Shown piece after piece: positions 63,501 through 64,000 of a stretch of DNA of 64,000 nucleotides. The stretch lies in IMG/VR virus record IMGVR_UViG_3300028590_000015, positions 1 through 64,000 of that record; one strand, given 5' to 3'. Source of the DNA: a virus. The notes beneath the pieces are model-generated. The model saw only the letters and a list, made by a program, of their open reading frames with translations. It did not search any database and was not told the origin of the DNA. The translations under genes were made by a program, and so were the position numbers. Numbering within the stretch: position 1 is the first letter of the stretch; every line of letters begins with the position of its first letter.

Positions 63501-63772
63501 AGATCTCGCTCAACAAGATGCGCGAGACCGAGATCGCGAACAAGTGGGCCATGGGGGTGTTCCGCAAGGACTCCGACCTCGTCCGTGAGGCGCGGAGTGA
63601 GCTGGCCGCCTGGAACCGCGACAATCCCAGCACACCCATCGTGATAAAGATGCCTCAGATCCTCAAGCGCGTGCGCCAGATGAACCTCAACAAGGCCGAT
63701 CGCATCGCCAAGACCGCGCCCACCGAGATTCGGAGCCAGGTGCGCGATGCGCTGCGCGAGGCTCAGCGATGA
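54530..63772 (+). CDS. Giant (3080 aa) polyvalent virion protein: Ala/Gly/Pro-rich N-terminal region, ParB-like nuclease domain, two HExxH zincin-like motifs, long C-terminal region with a TM-like segment
   Basis: ParB motif at about 56290-56600 (LKPTQAEF...ILVSADGYVVDGHHQWIARG); HEWFH at 58625-58639; HEALGH at 59369-59386; uninterrupted 9.2-kb ORF with uniform codon usage. Confidence 0.85.
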   Translation: MNLEEARKRLPELEGLSDPAAIDVIHEVYYPQMDKAKLAGKLGYKAPPAPAPERSTMRAAGDLALQFGGGAVSGVRMMSDLLGANNAVSGTLRNAEDALQKLQSAAAQADQQQIAAIMKEAESKGFVDQVLAGVKAFGVAPAAMVAQALGTSLPTLATAAIPGAGPMALAARLGAAGAVGAGQGAGNIKGVIYDQVKANPLPGEAPEQTEARAVDAQSYTGENADQIALGGGLGLLAGATGMERAVGALRNGVAKAAPGMAARVGLGAAGEAVPEALQGGQEKLAGNLALGREGFDVDPMSGVVAGGTMEALAGGVMGGATALPRPAVRTPDPISQAGDAIRSAEVVPESGPMTRAANVATEMKAQQAEADVAAQVAAIEPAEPAPVPAQPVADDPVAQPVAAVSPVEAAPVDASDAAQEQRANNALASMERQAQRDMQSMRDFSRTTPATSDVPDPFADVPVAGGAPAAAASGDVLNPKGEPFKTRMAAQRATKKTPGDVVPVAGGFVVRPTISQDLASEPTQGTPDAAAVAPFDAGAAPAVEPGAGPDAGEAGAAALVRPAEPEQPAALIAQAPAMPAAESDWQVFPADTETLNVPRAEMPQIKAAHRGAMVNFLKARGIEHEADEVAANTLKPTQAEFSISKVKKAQDFGDPDRSILVSADGYVVDGHHQWIARGANGASVKVIRLKAPISELLPAVREFPSSTVDETTADVQNATQEPAGEAAQAANTETTAPAGSDGAATEGVSPEGSSPVEAAGVKDGAAPESDAAHPPQADASPPQQTGQAPEPEPEQRTPEKVVARRKRLIAERKASEIASPAQEATKEAPATEAPAPSKPKAKRQTAASRQAEAEAARAGYFTPGHVVRGYGGFDEVLAYNPTDGGGFSVTVHEVKRVGDEWHRVGKPQDARTHSTQPEDRLLKNGPFARLSYRRAGEVVYTSPRADGQPFPNAVDRGVAPPAEKVAEPDPAPAPKAERAAAPKSAAPVKIEDFGEKLAGARKDYAAQLKDAEALDVSAVPLSQSWPEPDYQKLLEGGADPFTVAFIHAARDEVPNKPQTAWKLKGWVPMVNALRGMSHMLLAGRATRQSLTDMLSRADMRSVRDGVASRAELYEAVGHDRSLKGLSFAEHHYSLYKGQPNVRKWVVSQRSKSTAFGNWPRELAVGDTKAAMLEQFTAKLVAQDINGVSAKAKPSFVIYGKRGQKGAFIGKKIGREYIDLHKADDVVAARRYMAENTAALEKALERYKETPFERKSENAPRVGGDHRNGAPVTPEVFGDTFGFRGVQFGNYVEQGRRQSDLNEAFDALMDMAAVLDLPPRALSLNGRLGLAFGARGKGGKNAPVAHYEPSSVVINLTKGGGPGSLAHEWFHAMDNYFAKEGGDIGFMTDAARGDALRAEMREAFMVIKRAMNQGELKKRSLELDKRRSKPYWSTSLEMAARSFESYVIAKLYDQGAANDYLANVVSPEYWAAEEAMREVFEGKKAGPTFPYPTVDEMPALRAAFDDFFKVVQTRKDDDGKVAMFSRAEGAPKGISPAQASSIVSALSKRWANAPEVVVVSSIQDEAVPVEVREHDLEQRSLGASGEPEGFWYDGKAYVVAGALNGPADVVRVLFHEALGHYGLRGTFGEGLTPILKQLIAMRRPAVEAKAAQYGLQMSNEEHRMQAAEEVLAEMAQSRPGLGFVKRAIAAVRAWLRTHVPGFASMKLTDTDIISQFILPARRFVENGAARQQGGVEPAMAFSKAERNALDEISRMDEMFAVPKSNQLTLEGIFADLAPQIQVKRGHAMGTQTTYRLTLPIANKGDGLITATVTVREPNPYGASVYGVEFDAENEIMEASTVRPGENPADLSPDMADVWIDVSSLPQGSGLGEIIYSAAANFAHNTGRVFIGDPNGLSAVALRRRTEQMISSALKFGTTDHLAPHPDQVKGDTAAGVPALRWVYGDSEGNIERMIDVSLQSIENALPSAKLIGYDAASNKFFRIDTGARLPFRSAIAGVVNAQSLGRAIDGRRPDGLGRAADRAGQGVDAGAASAGSAGWRTVARAALFRYLREAQGVAADGADRGSLLDRLRDAGARLGREGPVASGGASAEPIFYSRSAGNSNGLSAETGARFSRSLTESINNVRSMALPAGYVVNDLFQSTGKLSWWNKTVGTMYNLAQRERDFKPVFDKAQEFLNDVAFYAAEASNLAPKILPKLETLKDITKSPISAADNKAISAPIFEGTLTWMRDPSTRKPITMEEAEAKAASMTTEQKAGELVRKGMLAPEVLKMWQGQPVDQYTAMVSDRYERDMLNAGIVWTDAELKGQFKLSDDQVALYREFRAAVDKSLSTLAIADMVRFGGQDVQPVRELALEAESVDAAAKLLRDFLLAEAEADPARKRVLTDTADRMLDKAAKANSLMERGYAPLSRFGRYSLDVVDAGGERVYFGLFESQAQANKMARQMRGNFPKASITQGTVSQEAYKMFAGVSPETLELFGQLVGLEAKGDGALNEVFQQYLKNAKSQRSAMKRLIQRKGISGFSEDPGRVLAGFVYSNARQTSSSLHMGELATAVDEIPKTKGELKDMAVKLNDYVKNPQEEAQALRGLLFAQYLGGSVSSALLNALQPVQVTFPWLSQFGGGIKAASRMKRAISDVLARRELEPTLAKALKKAEEDGVVSPQEVFQLQAQAAGRAPLLTSDGTRLGAAGAAANNTLSRVTLAWGKLFGAAEQFNRRSTYIAAYRTAVEQGMGDPAKFAERAVYETQFVYSKANRPQWARGAVGATLFTFKQYSISYVELMHRMYTQGGPEGKKAALLGIAVLFLMSGLGGLPFNDDLEDLIDGFMQRVMNRNFNTKQAKREFFTNLLGANLANFLERGVSGLPGAPIDVSGRLGLGNLIPGTGVFQKKDDYSRDLLEIVGPAGDFAKRGGQAAGKALQGEVLGARGALATVSPVASRNAIKGWEMATTGMYLDDRGRKVLDSSGMDALFKSIGIQPAGVAQVQESVFEVQRQISLNKMRETEIANKWAMGVFRKDSDLVREARSELAAWNRDNPSTPIVIKMPQILKRVRQMNLNKADRIAKTAPTEIRSQVRDALREAQR

Positions 63773-63882
63773 ACTGGCCGGGGGTCTTTGTTGTGCTGGG
63801 GCTGCTGGTGCTCGCCGGTGTCACGTGGCCCTACGGCATCGTGATCGTCATCGGCCTCGTGCTGCTGCTACTGCGCGGATAG
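63769..63882 (+). CDS. Small membrane protein (37 aa), below the ORF-track length cutoff
   Basis: MNWPGVFVVLGLLVLAGVTWPYGIVIVIGLVLLLLRG; ATGA overlap with the giant gene stop; high third-position GC. Confidence 0.4.
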   Translation: MNWPGVFVVLGLLVLAGVTWPYGIVIVIGLVLLLLRG

Positions 63883-63962
63883 GGCGGCTTGGCGGGGCCG
63901 ATCCAGCAGCACAAAAGAAAACGGCGCCTAGTTGGCGCCGTGCTCAATTTCAAAGATAAGAA

Positions 63963-63971
63963 TTGCGGGAA
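63963..63971. repeat. TTGCGGGAA repeat (right-end arm-type site candidate)
   Basis: Exact 9-mer shared with 225-233 and 63982-63990. Confidence 0.45.
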
Positions 63972-63980
63972 ACTTGTCGG

Positions 63981-63993
63981 TTTGCGGGAATCA
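63981..63993. repeat. TTTGCGGGAATCA, inverted copy of 169-181
   Basis: 13/13 reverse-complement identity with TGATTCCCGCAAA at the left end. Confidence 0.5.
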
Positions 63994-64000
63994 CAATTGA

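Larger units (their letters stand above)
74..64000. mobile_element. Integrated temperate phage (prophage), lambdoid-style layout; left junction at tRNA fragment, right junction at or just beyond window end
   Basis: Integrase and Xis-like gene at left end, CI/Cro switch, RecT/exonuclease module, Dam and Dcm MTases, terS-terL-portal-scaffold-capsid-fibre-lysis genes, giant virion protein; inverted arm-type repeats at both ends. Confidence 0.85.

Noticed and set aside
1-64000. CRISPR arrays, rRNA genes, IS elements or transposases
   Set aside because: No regularly spaced short direct repeats, no rRNA-like conserved stretches and no transposase-like ORFs were seen. The only mobile element is the prophage itself.

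Overview
High-GC window (betaproteobacteria-like codon usage) that is almost entirely one integrated temperate phage of about 63.9 kb.

Left end: a truncated tRNA 3' end with its native terminator (34-101) abuts a lambda-Int-like integrase with an Xis-position DUF4224 gene (238-1496). TTGCGGGAA arm-type repeats occur at both window ends in inverted orientation, so the right att site should lie just beyond position 64000.

Leftward early operon (1.5-13.7 kb, minus strand): many ATGA-coupled genes. Identifiable products are an ASCH-like protein, Gp37/Gp68, an RdgC fused to an FtsK-gamma domain, an SPFH/band-7 protein, a KTSC protein, a YqaJ-type exonuclease with a long coiled-coil tail plus RecT, and a small TM protein.

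Immunity region (13.7-15.1 kb): a CI-like HTH-S24 repressor, a small lipoprotein moron and a divergent, apparently leaderless Cro-like gene. A 16-bp operator, AGATAGAAAA(A/T)CTAGC, sits in the -35/-10 spacer of both candidate pL and pR.

Rightward early region (15-25 kb): a Dcm-type C5-methyltransferase whose motifs are split over two frames, a YdaU/DUF1376 replication protein, a Dam-type methyltransferase, NinB-like and Cys/His-rich proteins, a duplicated cassette of paralogous 2-TM membrane and small GPGPVE proteins, an SRAP (YedK-like) protein and a LexA-box-like site.

Late region (26.4-64 kb): a conserved 16-mer CCGTTGACTCCGAGRG occurs three times upstream of late operons, once before a strong terminator that precedes terS. 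Structural genes include terS/terL, portal, scaffold, a CsrA-like small ORF, major capsid, large structural proteins, an FN3-domain fibre with seven C-terminal 22-aa repeats, a holin/spanin lysis cassette, a tail-fibre plus glycine-rich pair, a stearoyl-CoA-type membrane fatty-acid desaturase, a GNAT-like protein, a SAM-methyltransferase fused to a PAPS-reductase (PP-loop) domain, and a 3080-aa polyvalent protein with a ParB-like nuclease domain and two HExxH motifs.

No rRNA or CRISPR array was seen. Most functional calls rest on motif recognition from the translations, not on database searches.
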